From contig JAJCXR010000035.1 of assembly GCA_029263315.1 (NCBI GenBank), forward strand, positions 375-64,374: 64,000 nt of DNA. Direction: 5' to 3'. The notes under the pieces were generated by a model. The model worked only from the letters and a program-made list of their open reading frames with translations. It searched no databases and was not told the DNA's origin. A program made the position numbers and the translations under genes. The stretch's first letter is position 1. Every line of letters begins with the position of its first letter. Positions 30,476 to 40,305 of the stretch are shown here, in pieces. This DNA is from Acidobacteriota bacterium. GTDB taxonomy: Bacteria; Acidobacteriota; Thermoanaerobaculia; Multivoradales; J023.

Positions 30476-31600
30476 TCAGTCCTCCGCTGTCTTTTTCTCT
30501 GCCGGTTTATCTTCCTCTTCCAGCGCCGCCAACGCCTTGGCGACGACGCGGTCCAGCTTGGCGGCGGCTTGGGGTGACCAGCCGGAATCCTTGAACAAGA
30601 TCTCGCCGCGGTGGTCCACCACCAGATAGGTCGGGTAGCGACCGACTTTGAAGATGCCGCCGGTCAGGCTGCGGCGCGGGTCGTGGATCTGTGGCCAGTC
30701 CATGGAGTGTTTATCGATGAACTTTTCGAGCCCACCGAGGCTACGGTCAGCGCTGATGGAAAGCAGGACAAATGGGTCGTCTCGATGCCGTCTTGCCATG
30801 CGCCGCAGGTGGGGTACGGCGTTGACGCAGGGGCCGCACCAGGTGGCCCAGAAGTCGAAGACCACCACCTTGCCGAGCAGACTTTGGTCGGTGAAGTGCT
30901 GGCCGTCGAGGGTGCGGGCCGAGAACTCGGCGACCAGCGGGACGCGGGCCCGTCGCGGCTCGGCGATGTAGGACTTGGCCTGCCCTATCAAATGATGGGG
31001 TGCCAGGGCCCGGCCTTGGGATGCCTGATCGACGAAGCGCTGCAACTCGGCGACCCCTTCGTCGTCCCGTTCCAAGGCCAACAATGCCAGGCCGAGATTG
31101 AATCGCACCACCGGCAGGCCGTCTCCGCTGAGCTCGATGAGTCCCCGGAAAGACTCCACGGCCCCTTGCAGTTGGCTTGGGGAACCCTGGCCGCCGGCAT
31201 AGAGGGCGGTGGCCACTTGGCTGTGGGCGGCGATAAGCTCGGTATCACCGGTGGCCAAGGGTAGGGCTCGACGGGCCAGCCCGGCTGCCTCGGAGAATCG
31301 TTCCATCTTGCTCAGGCAGCGGGCTTGGCCGATGAGGATCTCGAAATGCGGCTCGCCCAGCTGCTTGGCCGCCCGGTGAAACGCCTTGAGGGCCTTGGGG
31401 AAATCTTGCTCGTGGGCCAGGAGCCTCGCCTTGTCCAGGCTCTTTTGCCATGCCTCGGCAGCGACCAGGGCGCTGCCGGTCGACAGGATCAAAGCGAGGA
31501 GGAGGCAAAGACCTGAGCCGAGACTCCTTGCGGAGCGGCGACGCTGGTCGGTCGCACGGTGGCGCGGTGAGCTCAGCAAGGCGGTGTGGGGTCTGCTCAT
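30476..31600 (-). CDS. TPR-containing TlpA-family redoxin
   Basis: TM/signal segment, TPR-like helices, GKVVVFDFWATWCGPC, GRYPTYLVVDHRG. Confidence 0.88.
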   Translation of the reverse strand: MSRPHTALLSSPRHRATDQRRRSARSLGSGLCLLLALILSTGSALVAAEAWQKSLDKARLLAHEQDFPKALKAFHRAAKQLGEPHFEILIGQARCLSKMERFSEAAGLARRALPLATGDTELIAAHSQVATALYAGGQGSPSQLQGAVESFRGLIELSGDGLPVVRFNLGLALLALERDDEGVAELQRFVDQASQGRALAPHHLIGQAKSYIAEPRRARVPLVAEFSARTLDGQHFTDQSLLGKVVVFDFWATWCGPCVNAVPHLRRMARRHRDDPFVLLSISADRSLGGLEKFIDKHSMDWPQIHDPRRSLTGGIFKVGRYPTYLVVDHRGEILFKDSGWSPQAAAKLDRVVAKALAALEEEDKPAEKKTAED

Positions 31601-31826
31601 GGGGTTGTCCTTTATTCCTTTCAGCCGCGCCATGATAACCCCCGCAGGCCCAATCTCGGAGCTCAAGGGCGGGGTATCGGAGGCTCCGAATCCCGCCTGG
31701 CAGGCTGCTGGGGGTGGGCGACCCTAGGACGTGGCCTGTGCTAATGTGGTTACCTTGTGCTCAGTAGGCTCGGTCCGGTCGCTGACGCGTCGTGGCCGGG
31801 CACCGGCTTGATGGGGAAGAATCTCA

Positions 31827-33173
31827 GTGTCCCAGCCGCCAGTGTCCACATCCAAGCCTGACCGCTCGGGTCGAGGCTCGTCCCTCGGTCGTCGCCTGCG
31901 GGCTTCCGACCAAACATCCTATGACGTAGCGACCGAGCGTCTGTCGACCCCGGATCAACTGGATCAGGTGATCCGGGTGGCGCGCTTTCCCCACTGGTTG
32001 GCCCTGTCGGCCCTGTTCTTGGTCTTGGCCGCCGCCGTTGCCGGCAGTATTCTGGTGCCGGTCCCGGTGACGGTGCGAGGTCAAGGCATCTTGATCAATG
32101 CCGAAGGCATTCTCAGTGTCACCTCCGATACGGAAGGCCGATTGTTGGGGCTTGATGTCGAGCCGGGGCGTTTGGTGCAAGAAGGCGAGCTGGTGGCACG
32201 CATCGATCAACCCCAGCTGCGCCAGGATTTGCTCAACCGTCAGGCGGAGCTGACCGAGCTGCGCCGTCGCCGCGACACCATCGAGGCCTTCCATCAGCGT
32301 ACCTCGACGACCCAACTGCAGACCATCGCCGACCGTCGGCGGGCCCTCGAGCAACGGCAAACCTTTGCCGAAGAGGATGCCCGTTTGATGCGGGAGCAAC
32401 TGCGGGACGAGGTCATGCTGCAAGGCCAGGGCATCCTCTCGGCGCGCCAGATCACCGAGTCCCGGCGCCGGGTCAACGAGGCGGAGCAGGAGCTGACCGC
32501 CATCGACAACGAGCTGCGGTTTTTCAGCCAGATGATGGCCGAGAACGAGTTGAAGCAGGAACGGGAGCTGCTCGATATCAGCCTCGAAATCAGCGATCTC
32601 GAGCGTATCGTCGACAGTCTCGACGAGCGGTACCGTCGCCACAGTGAGGTCAAGAGCCCCTACTCCGGACGGGTGGTGGAGCTCAGCGTCAACGAGGGCG
32701 AGATCGTCGGTCGCAACGCTGCTTTGTTCTCCCTCTTGCCCACCGGCGACGCGGCATCCCCCGGCTCCGATCAGCTCATCGCCGTGATCTACGTGCCACC
32801 CTCGGACGGCAAAAAAGTGTTGCAGGGCATGGATGTGCAACTCGAGCTGACACCGGTCAAACGGGAGGAGTTCGGTTTTATGCTGGGGCGGGTGGCGTCG
32901 GTGGCGGAGGTACCTTCGACCACCGACGGCATGATGCGAATCCTCAAGAACCGGCAGTTGGTCGATCAATTGTCGGGAACCCAAGCCCCCTTTGAGGTGC
33001 GGGTCGCCTTGCGCCGCGATGCGTCGACCCATACCGGTTTTAAATGGTCGTCCTCGGCGGGGCCGCAGGTGGAGATCAATATCGGAACCCTCTGTGTCGG
33101 TGATGTGATCACCCAACGGGAACGACCGATCAACCTGCTGATCCCAGCCCTGGGGCGTTTTTTCGATGACTGA
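31827..33173 (+). CDS. NHLM-type bacteriocin secretion membrane fusion protein (HlyD family)
   Basis: ERLSTPDQLDQVIRV, V.GQGIL, coiled coil, SPYSGRVVE, VKREEFGFMLGRV, GFKWSSSAGP, PINLLIP. Confidence 0.9.
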   Translation: MSQPPVSTSKPDRSGRGSSLGRRLRASDQTSYDVATERLSTPDQLDQVIRVARFPHWLALSALFLVLAAAVAGSILVPVPVTVRGQGILINAEGILSVTSDTEGRLLGLDVEPGRLVQEGELVARIDQPQLRQDLLNRQAELTELRRRRDTIEAFHQRTSTTQLQTIADRRRALEQRQTFAEEDARLMREQLRDEVMLQGQGILSARQITESRRRVNEAEQELTAIDNELRFFSQMMAENELKQERELLDISLEISDLERIVDSLDERYRRHSEVKSPYSGRVVELSVNEGEIVGRNAALFSLLPTGDAASPGSDQLIAVIYVPPSDGKKVLQGMDVQLELTPVKREEFGFMLGRVASVAEVPSTTDGMMRILKNRQLVDQLSGTQAPFEVRVALRRDASTHTGFKWSSSAGPQVEINIGTLCVGDVITQRERPINLLIPALGRFFDD

Positions 33174-35592
33174 GACGGCGCTCAAGGACATCGAAGGGCG
33201 ACCTTGGCGCCGGACATTGCGGGGCCTTTGGCAGGGTTGGCATGAGCACCTGCGGGGCTGGCGGAGCTGGGGTCCGTGGAACCGTCGGCGTCGCCGCACG
33301 CCCACCCTGCTGCAAATGCAGGAGACGGAATGTGGCGCCGCTTGCCTGGGGATCATCCTCGGTTATTACGGCCGCCATGAGCCCTTGGAAACGCTGCGCT
33401 ACGAGTGCGGGGTCACCCGCGACGGCGCCAAGGCGAGCAATGTTCTGCGGGCGGCTCGGGGTTACGGTTTGACCGCCAAGGGTTTTGCCCTCAATGCCAT
33501 GCAGGTGAGCCGTGCCCCTCTGCCCCTGGTATCCCTGTGGAATTTCACCCATTTTGTGGTGGTCGAAGGTTTCGTCGGCGGCAAGGTCTACCTCAATGAC
33601 CCCGCCACCGGGCCGCGCACCGTCTCGGAGCAGCGCTTCGTCGAGGGATACTCGGGGGTCTCCCTGGCCTTTCTTCCCGGCTCCGGATTCACCACCAACC
33701 GGCGGCCTCCGGGGGCCATGGCCAGCCTGCTGGAACGCACCCGCAGCTCGCGCCGGGCCTATGCCTTCATCATCCTGGCGAGCCTGATCTTCTTTTTGCC
33801 GGGCCTCATGATGCCGGCCTTTTTGCGCATTTACGTCGACTACTTCCTGGTCCAAGGGCAAGACCGCTGGCTGACCTTCATCCTTGCATCGATGCTGGCG
33901 ACGGCCCTCTTCACGGGGGTCCTGGTGTGGTTGCTCGACAACAGCCTGATCCGTTTCTACACCAAGCTCCAAACCCTGTGGTCGAGCCGCATGGTGTGGC
34001 GCATCCTGCGGCTGCCCCTGAGCTATTTCGACCAGCGCTCCGGTGGCGATTTGAGCACCCGTATCCAGTCCAATGGCATGCTGGCGTGGTTGGTGGCCGG
34101 GGAGCTGTCGAGCACCTTCCTCGGCCTGGCGACGCTGCTCGTCTATGCCCTCATCATGTGGCAATACGATGTCCTGCTGACCCTCATCGGGATGGGCTTC
34201 GCGGCGGTCAACTTGATCGCCTTCTGGATCGTCTCTCGCCGCCTCGAGGACATCAACCAGCAACTGCACCGCGATCGAGGCAAGACGGCGGGCATCTTGA
34301 TGCAAGGTCTGCGCTCCATCGATTCCTACCAAGCCAACGGCACCGAGGCGGTGTTTTTCAATCGCTGGGCCGGGCACCAGGCCAAGGTGGCCAACGCCCG
34401 CCAGTCCCTGGGCAAGACCCGCGCTCTGTTGACGGCCATTCCACTCTTGCTGGCCATGGTCAGCACCACCGCCATCCTCTTGGTGGGTGGCTTGCGCATC
34501 ATGGACGGCGCCCTGACGATCGGCATGTTGGTGGCCTTTCAAGGGCTGATGGTGGCGTTTTCGTTGCCGGTCAAGCAGGTCATCGACGCCAGCGCCAAGA
34601 TCCAAGAAGCCCAGGGCCTGTTGTATCGCCTCGACGATGTCATGCGGCAGAGTATCGACGCCGAGTTTGAGCAAGAAGAGACAACCCTGGAGCTGATGGG
34701 TCGCCAGCAGGGCGCCGCCGCCGTCGACGAGGGCTCGATGGAGGAGGCTCGCCGGCAGGAATCGGCGTTCGAGTCCGATTCCCTTACCACCGACTTCGCA
34801 TCCGAGGGGTTGTCCCCGGGCCGACACTCCGCCGAGCTGATGGTCCCGCGGCTACGGACCGCCAAACGCCGCAAGCTCGGTGGTGGGCTGGAGATGCGGC
34901 AGATTTGCTTCGGTTTCAATCCCCTGGACCCCCCTTGGATCGACGGCTTCGACCTCTCGGTGGCGCCCGGGGGGTGGGTCGCCTTGGTGGGCCCTTCGGG
35001 CAGCGGCAAGTCGACGTTGGGGCGCATGATCGCCGGCGTTGTCCGACCCTGGTCCGGGGATATCTGGATCGATGGCCAGAAGCTGGTGGAGATTCCGCGT
35101 CAGGTGCTGCGCAACACGGTGGCGGTGGTGGACCAAAACATCTCTCTCTTCGAAGGCACGGTGGCCGAGAACATCGCCATGTGGGATGCCACACTGCCGG
35201 AGGCGCGCATGGTCGAGGCGGCCCGCGACGCCGGGCTGCACGACGAGATCGCCGCCCGTCCGGGGGGTTACCGGGAGCTCATCGAAGAGGGTGGGCGCAA
35301 CTTTTCTGGCGGCGAGCGACAACGCATCGAAATCGCTCGGGCCCTGGTGGCCGAACCCTCTATCTTGTTGCTCGACGAAGCCACTAGCGCCCTCGATGCG
35401 CGGACGGAAAACGGCATCATTCGCAACTTGCGACGGCGGGGCCAGACCTGCGTGCTCATCGCCCATCGCTTGAGCACCATCCGCGATTGTGACGAGATCA
35501 TCGTCCTCGATGCCGGGCAAGTCGTCGAACGGGGCGACCATCGGACACTGATGGAACGCGACGGTGCCTATCGCAAGCTGGTGCATTCATGA
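33166..35592 (+). CDS. NHLM-type peptidase-containing ABC transporter (C39 + TMD + NBD)
   Basis: TPTLLQMQETECGAACL (catalytic Cys), WNFTHFVV (His), YLNDPA (Asp), GPSGSGKST, FSGGERQR, LLLDEATSALD. Confidence 0.93.
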   Translation: MTETALKDIEGRPWRRTLRGLWQGWHEHLRGWRSWGPWNRRRRRTPTLLQMQETECGAACLGIILGYYGRHEPLETLRYECGVTRDGAKASNVLRAARGYGLTAKGFALNAMQVSRAPLPLVSLWNFTHFVVVEGFVGGKVYLNDPATGPRTVSEQRFVEGYSGVSLAFLPGSGFTTNRRPPGAMASLLERTRSSRRAYAFIILASLIFFLPGLMMPAFLRIYVDYFLVQGQDRWLTFILASMLATALFTGVLVWLLDNSLIRFYTKLQTLWSSRMVWRILRLPLSYFDQRSGGDLSTRIQSNGMLAWLVAGELSSTFLGLATLLVYALIMWQYDVLLTLIGMGFAAVNLIAFWIVSRRLEDINQQLHRDRGKTAGILMQGLRSIDSYQANGTEAVFFNRWAGHQAKVANARQSLGKTRALLTAIPLLLAMVSTTAILLVGGLRIMDGALTIGMLVAFQGLMVAFSLPVKQVIDASAKIQEAQGLLYRLDDVMRQSIDAEFEQEETTLELMGRQQGAAAVDEGSMEEARRQESAFESDSLTTDFASEGLSPGRHSAELMVPRLRTAKRRKLGGGLEMRQICFGFNPLDPPWIDGFDLSVAPGGWVALVGPSGSGKSTLGRMIAGVVRPWSGDIWIDGQKLVEIPRQVLRNTVAVVDQNISLFEGTVAENIAMWDATLPEARMVEAARDAGLHDEIAARPGGYRELIEEGGRNFSGGERQRIEIARALVAEPSILLLDEATSALDARTENGIIRNLRRRGQTCVLIAHRLSTIRDCDEIIVLDAGQVVERGDHRTLMERDGAYRKLVHS

Positions 35593-38492
35593 CCTCACCG
35601 GGGAGCAAAGACGCGGCGGCCTCCGCCGTCGGCGGGCCAGAGCCGACCGCCGGCCTCACCGGGGCCACGCCGTTGCGGTTGCCACCGGGGGGTGCTTGTC
35701 GTCTGCAGCAGGGGAAGGTGGACCTCTATGCCGAGTTGCTCGACGGCGACGGCGCCATCCTGCGGCGTGAGCAACTCTTCGACCTCGATGCCGGAGCCCT
35801 GCTCTATGACTTGCCGACCTTGCCGGGTCTGCGCTGGATCGTCCTCGGACGGGGCCCGACACAACTCCAGCCGGTGGCGGTGGCGACCTTGACCCCGAGC
35901 CAAGTGCAGCCGTGGTTGGCGGGGCTGTGCGGCGTCCTGGAACGGACCTTCCGGGGTGTCGGCTTGATGCAACACCACCTCTCCGCCGGCGGTGCGCCCT
36001 TCGAGGCCGCTGCGGGGGAGCACGTCAGCTCCTCGGCGGGCATCACCTGGGCCCGTTTCGAAGGCTCGCCGCTGAGGTACCTCGATGACCTGGCGCTGGT
36101 GCCCGGTGGCGGCTCGGTTTACTTCCCGCTCAGCCCGGGGACTTGGCTGACCCCGACGGCCACCGTCGAGGTCGAACCCCTGGCTTTGGACGAGCCCCGT
36201 TTGGTCACCGCCTTGCCACAGGCCATGGAGCACTTTCATCGGGTCGTCGTGGAGTTGGTGAAGGAATCATGGGTCGCTGCCTTTCAGCAGGAGCAGCATC
36301 GATTGAGCCGTCGGCAACATTTGACTCAACGGGAGCGGCTCGCCGTCTTGTCACGCTTCAGTACGGTCATCGACGGCGGCGGTGAGTGGGACCTCGACGC
36401 CGGTGCCTCACCCCTGGTGCGGGTGTGCCAGCACATCGGTCGCCAGCTCGGGGTACAAGTGCGCCCCCCCGCCTTGTCGCCGGATAGGCGTCAGGGGGTG
36501 GCGGCGCAAGTGGAGGCGATCAGCCGTCGGTCGCGTCTACGGGCCAGGCAGGTGGTCTTGCGGGACGGCTGGTGGCGACGGGAAATGCGTCCCATGCTGG
36601 CCTTTCGGCGCGACTCCGGCAAGCCGGTGGCCTTGCTTCCCTGGCGGGGAGGACAAGCGGTTTGGGATCCGGCCAAGGCGGTTTGCATGGCCGACCAAGG
36701 GGGGCAGCGGCTGCGTAAAATCGATGCTGGCCAAGCCCAGGATATTGCGCCCCTCGCCTACTCTTTCTTCCGTGTCTTGCCCGATCGTCCCTTGCGCACC
36801 GCCGATCTGCTGGCCTTCGCCATGCGCTTCTGTCGACGAGACCTGGCGATGGCCTTGCTGTGCAGCCTGTGCGGTGTGGCGATGGCCCTCTTGGTGCCCA
36901 TCGCCACCGGCTGGATCGTCGACATCACCATCCCGGGGCACCAAACCTCGCAGCTGTTTTCCATCGCCCTGGCGTTGCTCATCGCCACCTTCGCCATTTT
37001 CAGCCTCAAGATCTGCGAAGACATCGCCCTGCTGCGTTTTGAGGGTCGCCTGGCAGAAACCCTACAGCCGGCCATCCTCGATCGTTTGTTGCGCCTGCCG
37101 AACACCTTCTTCCGGCGCTACTCCGCCGGCGATCTGGCGGAGCGGGTGCAGGCCATCGAGACGGTGGAGACCCGTCTCTCGGAGGGCTTGATGTCTTCCC
37201 TGCTCTCGGGTTGTCTGTCGTTGATCAACTTTGCCCTGCTGGTCTACATCTCGCCCAAGGCGGCCATGGTGGCGGCGTTGTTGTTGTTGGTTTTGATGAT
37301 TGGGTTTCTGCTGACGGCCCATCGTCAAAAGGCTTTCTGGCTGCGCATCCACCGCCTCGAGGGGCGGCTGGCGAGCATGATCTTGCAGATGATGCACGGT
37401 ATGCAGCGGGTGCGTTTGGCGGGTTCGGAAGATCGCATGTTCGTACGTTGGGGCAACCTGTCGATGAAGTTCCGCGATGTTCTCAATGCTTGCTACAACA
37501 GCGAGATGCTCTTCGGCGTCTTCAGCAAGAGTTTTCAAGTGCTGTGCTTCGCCATCCTCTTTGCGGTGATGGCTCCGATTGCTCGGGAGGGGTTGTCGAC
37601 GGGGCGTTTCCTCGCCTTCATCGCCGCCTTCACCATGGTGCTCACCGGTTTGGCCGAAATGGCCAGGGTGGTGATCAGCTCGATGGAGGTGGTGCCCGCC
37701 TTCGAACGTCTGCATCCCCTCTTGGACAGTGTTCCCGAGAGTGAAATGGAGCGGGCCCATCCCGGCGTGCTCAGCGGTCGTTTGGAGGTGCACCAGCTGA
37801 CCTTTCGCTATGGTGAGGGCATGCCTTGGGTCTTGCAGGGGTTGTGTTTGCAGGCCCGGGCGGGTGAGAGCATCGCCATCGTCGGTCCATCGGGATGCGG
37901 CAAATCGACCCTGTTGCGGCTCATCCTGGGTTTTGAGCATGCCACCGCCGGTAGTATCTACTTTGACGGCAAGGACGTGGCGGGTCTCGACTTGCGAGAG
38001 GTACGGCACCAGATCGGTGTGGTGTTGCAGAATGACCAATTGATGGAGGCCAGTCTCTTCCAGAACATTCGAGGCGACAAGGACATCTCCATGGACGAGG
38101 CTTGGCGGGCCGCCGAGATGTCGGGGATCGCCGACGACATCCGGGCCATGCCCTTGGGTATGCACACCGTCGTGTCCGCCCGGGGCGCCGACCTCTCCGG
38201 AGGTCAAGTGCAGCGTCTGCTCATCGCCCGCGCCCTGGCCTCCCGCCCCCGTATCCTGCTGCTCGACGAAGCCACCAGCGCCTTGGACAACTTGACCCAG
38301 TCCTTGGTCACCGACAGTCTCGATCATCTGCGGGTCACCCGCATCACCATCGCCCATCGCTTGAGCACCGTCCGCAAGGCGGACCGTATCTTTGTCATTC
38401 GACGGGGCCAGGTGGTGGAAGAAGGGACCTACCAGAGCCTCATGGACAAGCCGGCGTTCTTCGCTGAGTTGGTGCAACGGCAGCTCCACTGA
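35589..38492 (+). CDS. NHLM-type ABC transporter ATP-binding/permease subunit (no peptidase)
   Basis: Long N-terminal region, WWRREMRPMLAF, GKPVALLP, TMD, GPSGCGKST, LSGGQVQR, LDEATSALD. Confidence 0.9.
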   Translation: MTSPGSKDAAASAVGGPEPTAGLTGATPLRLPPGGACRLQQGKVDLYAELLDGDGAILRREQLFDLDAGALLYDLPTLPGLRWIVLGRGPTQLQPVAVATLTPSQVQPWLAGLCGVLERTFRGVGLMQHHLSAGGAPFEAAAGEHVSSSAGITWARFEGSPLRYLDDLALVPGGGSVYFPLSPGTWLTPTATVEVEPLALDEPRLVTALPQAMEHFHRVVVELVKESWVAAFQQEQHRLSRRQHLTQRERLAVLSRFSTVIDGGGEWDLDAGASPLVRVCQHIGRQLGVQVRPPALSPDRRQGVAAQVEAISRRSRLRARQVVLRDGWWRREMRPMLAFRRDSGKPVALLPWRGGQAVWDPAKAVCMADQGGQRLRKIDAGQAQDIAPLAYSFFRVLPDRPLRTADLLAFAMRFCRRDLAMALLCSLCGVAMALLVPIATGWIVDITIPGHQTSQLFSIALALLIATFAIFSLKICEDIALLRFEGRLAETLQPAILDRLLRLPNTFFRRYSAGDLAERVQAIETVETRLSEGLMSSLLSGCLSLINFALLVYISPKAAMVAALLLLVLMIGFLLTAHRQKAFWLRIHRLEGRLASMILQMMHGMQRVRLAGSEDRMFVRWGNLSMKFRDVLNACYNSEMLFGVFSKSFQVLCFAILFAVMAPIAREGLSTGRFLAFIAAFTMVLTGLAEMARVVISSMEVVPAFERLHPLLDSVPESEMERAHPGVLSGRLEVHQLTFRYGEGMPWVLQGLCLQARAGESIAIVGPSGCGKSTLLRLILGFEHATAGSIYFDGKDVAGLDLREVRHQIGVVLQNDQLMEASLFQNIRGDKDISMDEAWRAAEMSGIADDIRAMPLGMHTVVSARGADLSGGQVQRLLIARALASRPRILLLDEATSALDNLTQSLVTDSLDHLRVTRITIAHRLSTVRKADRIFVIRRGQVVEEGTYQSLMDKPAFFAELVQRQLH

Positions 38493-38513
38493 GGGTTGGC
38501 ACGAGGAGTCGAT

Positions 38514-39059
38514 ATGCAGAAGGTTCTCTACATCTTGGGTCAGCTCAACGACGCCGATGTCGAGTGGCTGAGCGACGAAGGGGAGCGGCGCAAGTACGTG
38601 CAAGGGGCCCACTTGATCGAGCAAGGGGTGGCCAACGACGACCTCTTCATCGTCCTGCAAGGTTTCGTCTCGGTGGTGGTGGATGGCCTGGGGGAGCTCC
38701 ATGTGCTCGGCAGTGGTGAAATCCTGGGGGAGATGTCATTGGTGGATTCGCGGCCCCCCTCGGCGACGGTGATCGCCCAGGGGGATGTCTATGTGTTGTC
38801 CTTATCCTTCACCACGTTGCGTCGGCAGGTGGAAACGGACCACGGCTTCGGCATGCGCTTTTACCGGGCCCTGGCGACTTTCCTGTCGCAGCGTCTACGC
38901 AACGAAAGGACGCCGGACTTCAACCGCGAGATCGGTCTTTTGGCGGATCAGGAACAGGACGGTGAGCTCGACGCCTATGTGCTCGACAATCTACAAGTTG
39001 CCGGTGCCCGTTTCGATCGTCTGCTCAAGAAGATGATGAGCGGCTCGGTCGACGGTTGA
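38514..39059 (+). CDS. Cyclic nucleotide-binding domain protein, bacteriocin-system type
   Basis: MQKVLYILGQLNDADVEWL, GEILGEMSLVDSRPPSATV, FYRALATFLSQRLR, AGARFDRLL. Confidence 0.88.
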   Translation: MQKVLYILGQLNDADVEWLSDEGERRKYVQGAHLIEQGVANDDLFIVLQGFVSVVVDGLGELHVLGSGEILGEMSLVDSRPPSATVIAQGDVYVLSLSFTTLRRQVETDHGFGMRFYRALATFLSQRLRNERTPDFNREIGLLADQEQDGELDAYVLDNLQVAGARFDRLLKKMMSGSVDG

Positions 39060-39079
39060 AGCCTGAGGAGGACGCTGAC

Positions 39080-40120
39080 ATGCGATATCTGAAGCTGGCT
39101 GGAGGCATCTTGCTCTGCGCCATGGCCACAAGCGGTAACCTGTGGGCGGCGCAGTGGCAGGAGCTCGGCATCGACGCCACCTCCACCTATGCCCAGTGGT
39201 ACCGTCCCGATACGGTGCCCGCCGAGGAAGCGGCCCCTTTGGTGATTTTCTTGCACGGCGCCGGGTCGACACCGGAAGCTTGGATGCCGCTGTTGCAGGA
39301 CCATGCCGAGACGGCGGGTTTTGTCCTGGCGCTGCCCAAGTCGATCTCCGACTTTGGTTGGGGGGTGGGTCGAGATCACGAGACGCTGCGTCATCTCATC
39401 GCGGAGCTGTCCCAGGAGACTTCCATCGAGCGCCGTCGGGTGAGCTTGGCGGGGCATTCCTCCGGCGGCGCTTTCGCCTACGTGGCAGCCCTCGGCGGAC
39501 GGTTGCGCATCGCTTCGGTCTTTGCCCTCGCGGCGCCGTTTCGCACCGTCCTCGAAGTGGCCGATACCACCCACACGCCAACCCTCCGCCTGTACTACGG
39601 CACCGAAGATCCGAACTATCGGATTCTGCCACCCCTCGGGGACATGCTCGATCGTCTGGCCGTGACCTGGCAGGTCGAGATAGCTCCCGGCTTCGGTCAT
39701 AGCTCGTGGCCGGCCACCACCTTGGGCGATGGCTTCCACTTCCTGCTGCAGTACGAGCTGACCGGGCCCTGTGAGCCCTCGCCGCATCGACTGTGCTTGC
39801 TGGACGGGCGCTTTGCGGTGGAGCTATCGTGGTCGGACCATCAGGGCAACCATGGGGTCGGCTCGAGGGTCGAGCAGCAGACCACCGACTCCGGCTTGCT
39901 TTGGTTTTTTGGCCAGGCCAACTGGGAGTTGCTGGTGAAGGTGCTCGACGGCTGCGGCGTCAATGGCCATTATTGGGTCTTCGCCGCCGCCGCCACCGAC
40001 GTGGAGTACGAGTTGCGGGTCACCGATCTGGCCACCGGTCTCGAAGCGAGCTACCTCAATTCTTTGGGGCAAGCCGCGTCGGCGGTCAATGACACGGGGG
40101 CGTTTGCTAGCTGTCCGTGA
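39080..40120 (+). CDS. Secreted alpha/beta hydrolase with Acidobacteria-type C-terminal domain
   Basis: Signal peptide, LVIFLHGAG, GHSSGG nucleophile elbow, YYGTED, GFGH; C-terminus LCLLDGRF...LWFF...ELLVKVLDGC...WVFAAAATDVEY...AFASCP. Confidence 0.8.
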   Translation: MRYLKLAGGILLCAMATSGNLWAAQWQELGIDATSTYAQWYRPDTVPAEEAAPLVIFLHGAGSTPEAWMPLLQDHAETAGFVLALPKSISDFGWGVGRDHETLRHLIAELSQETSIERRRVSLAGHSSGGAFAYVAALGGRLRIASVFALAAPFRTVLEVADTTHTPTLRLYYGTEDPNYRILPPLGDMLDRLAVTWQVEIAPGFGHSSWPATTLGDGFHFLLQYELTGPCEPSPHRLCLLDGRFAVELSWSDHQGNHGVGSRVEQQTTDSGLLWFFGQANWELLVKVLDGCGVNGHYWVFAAAATDVEYELRVTDLATGLEASYLNSLGQAASAVNDTGAFASCP

Positions 40121-40305
40121 TTTGAAGCCGTCGTCAAAGACTGGGACTCCGAATCCGGGGCCTGGCAGTCGCGATACATTTCGGCAGTGGAGACACATCG
40201 TCGCCAATTTGGCACTGTCGAGCTCCCGACGCCGCGTTGTAGGGCAGGACGTTTTGACCTGGCGGGACGTCCATGTCGGCGATCTGGTCGCCGTGGGAGG
40301 TCTCC

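Noticed and set aside
31668-31697. Hairpin GGCGGG..TCGGAG-G-CTCCGA..CCCGCC as a terminator or riboswitch
   Set aside because: There is no T-tract, it lies between divergent genes, and it is a single copy in the window; function cannot be assigned.
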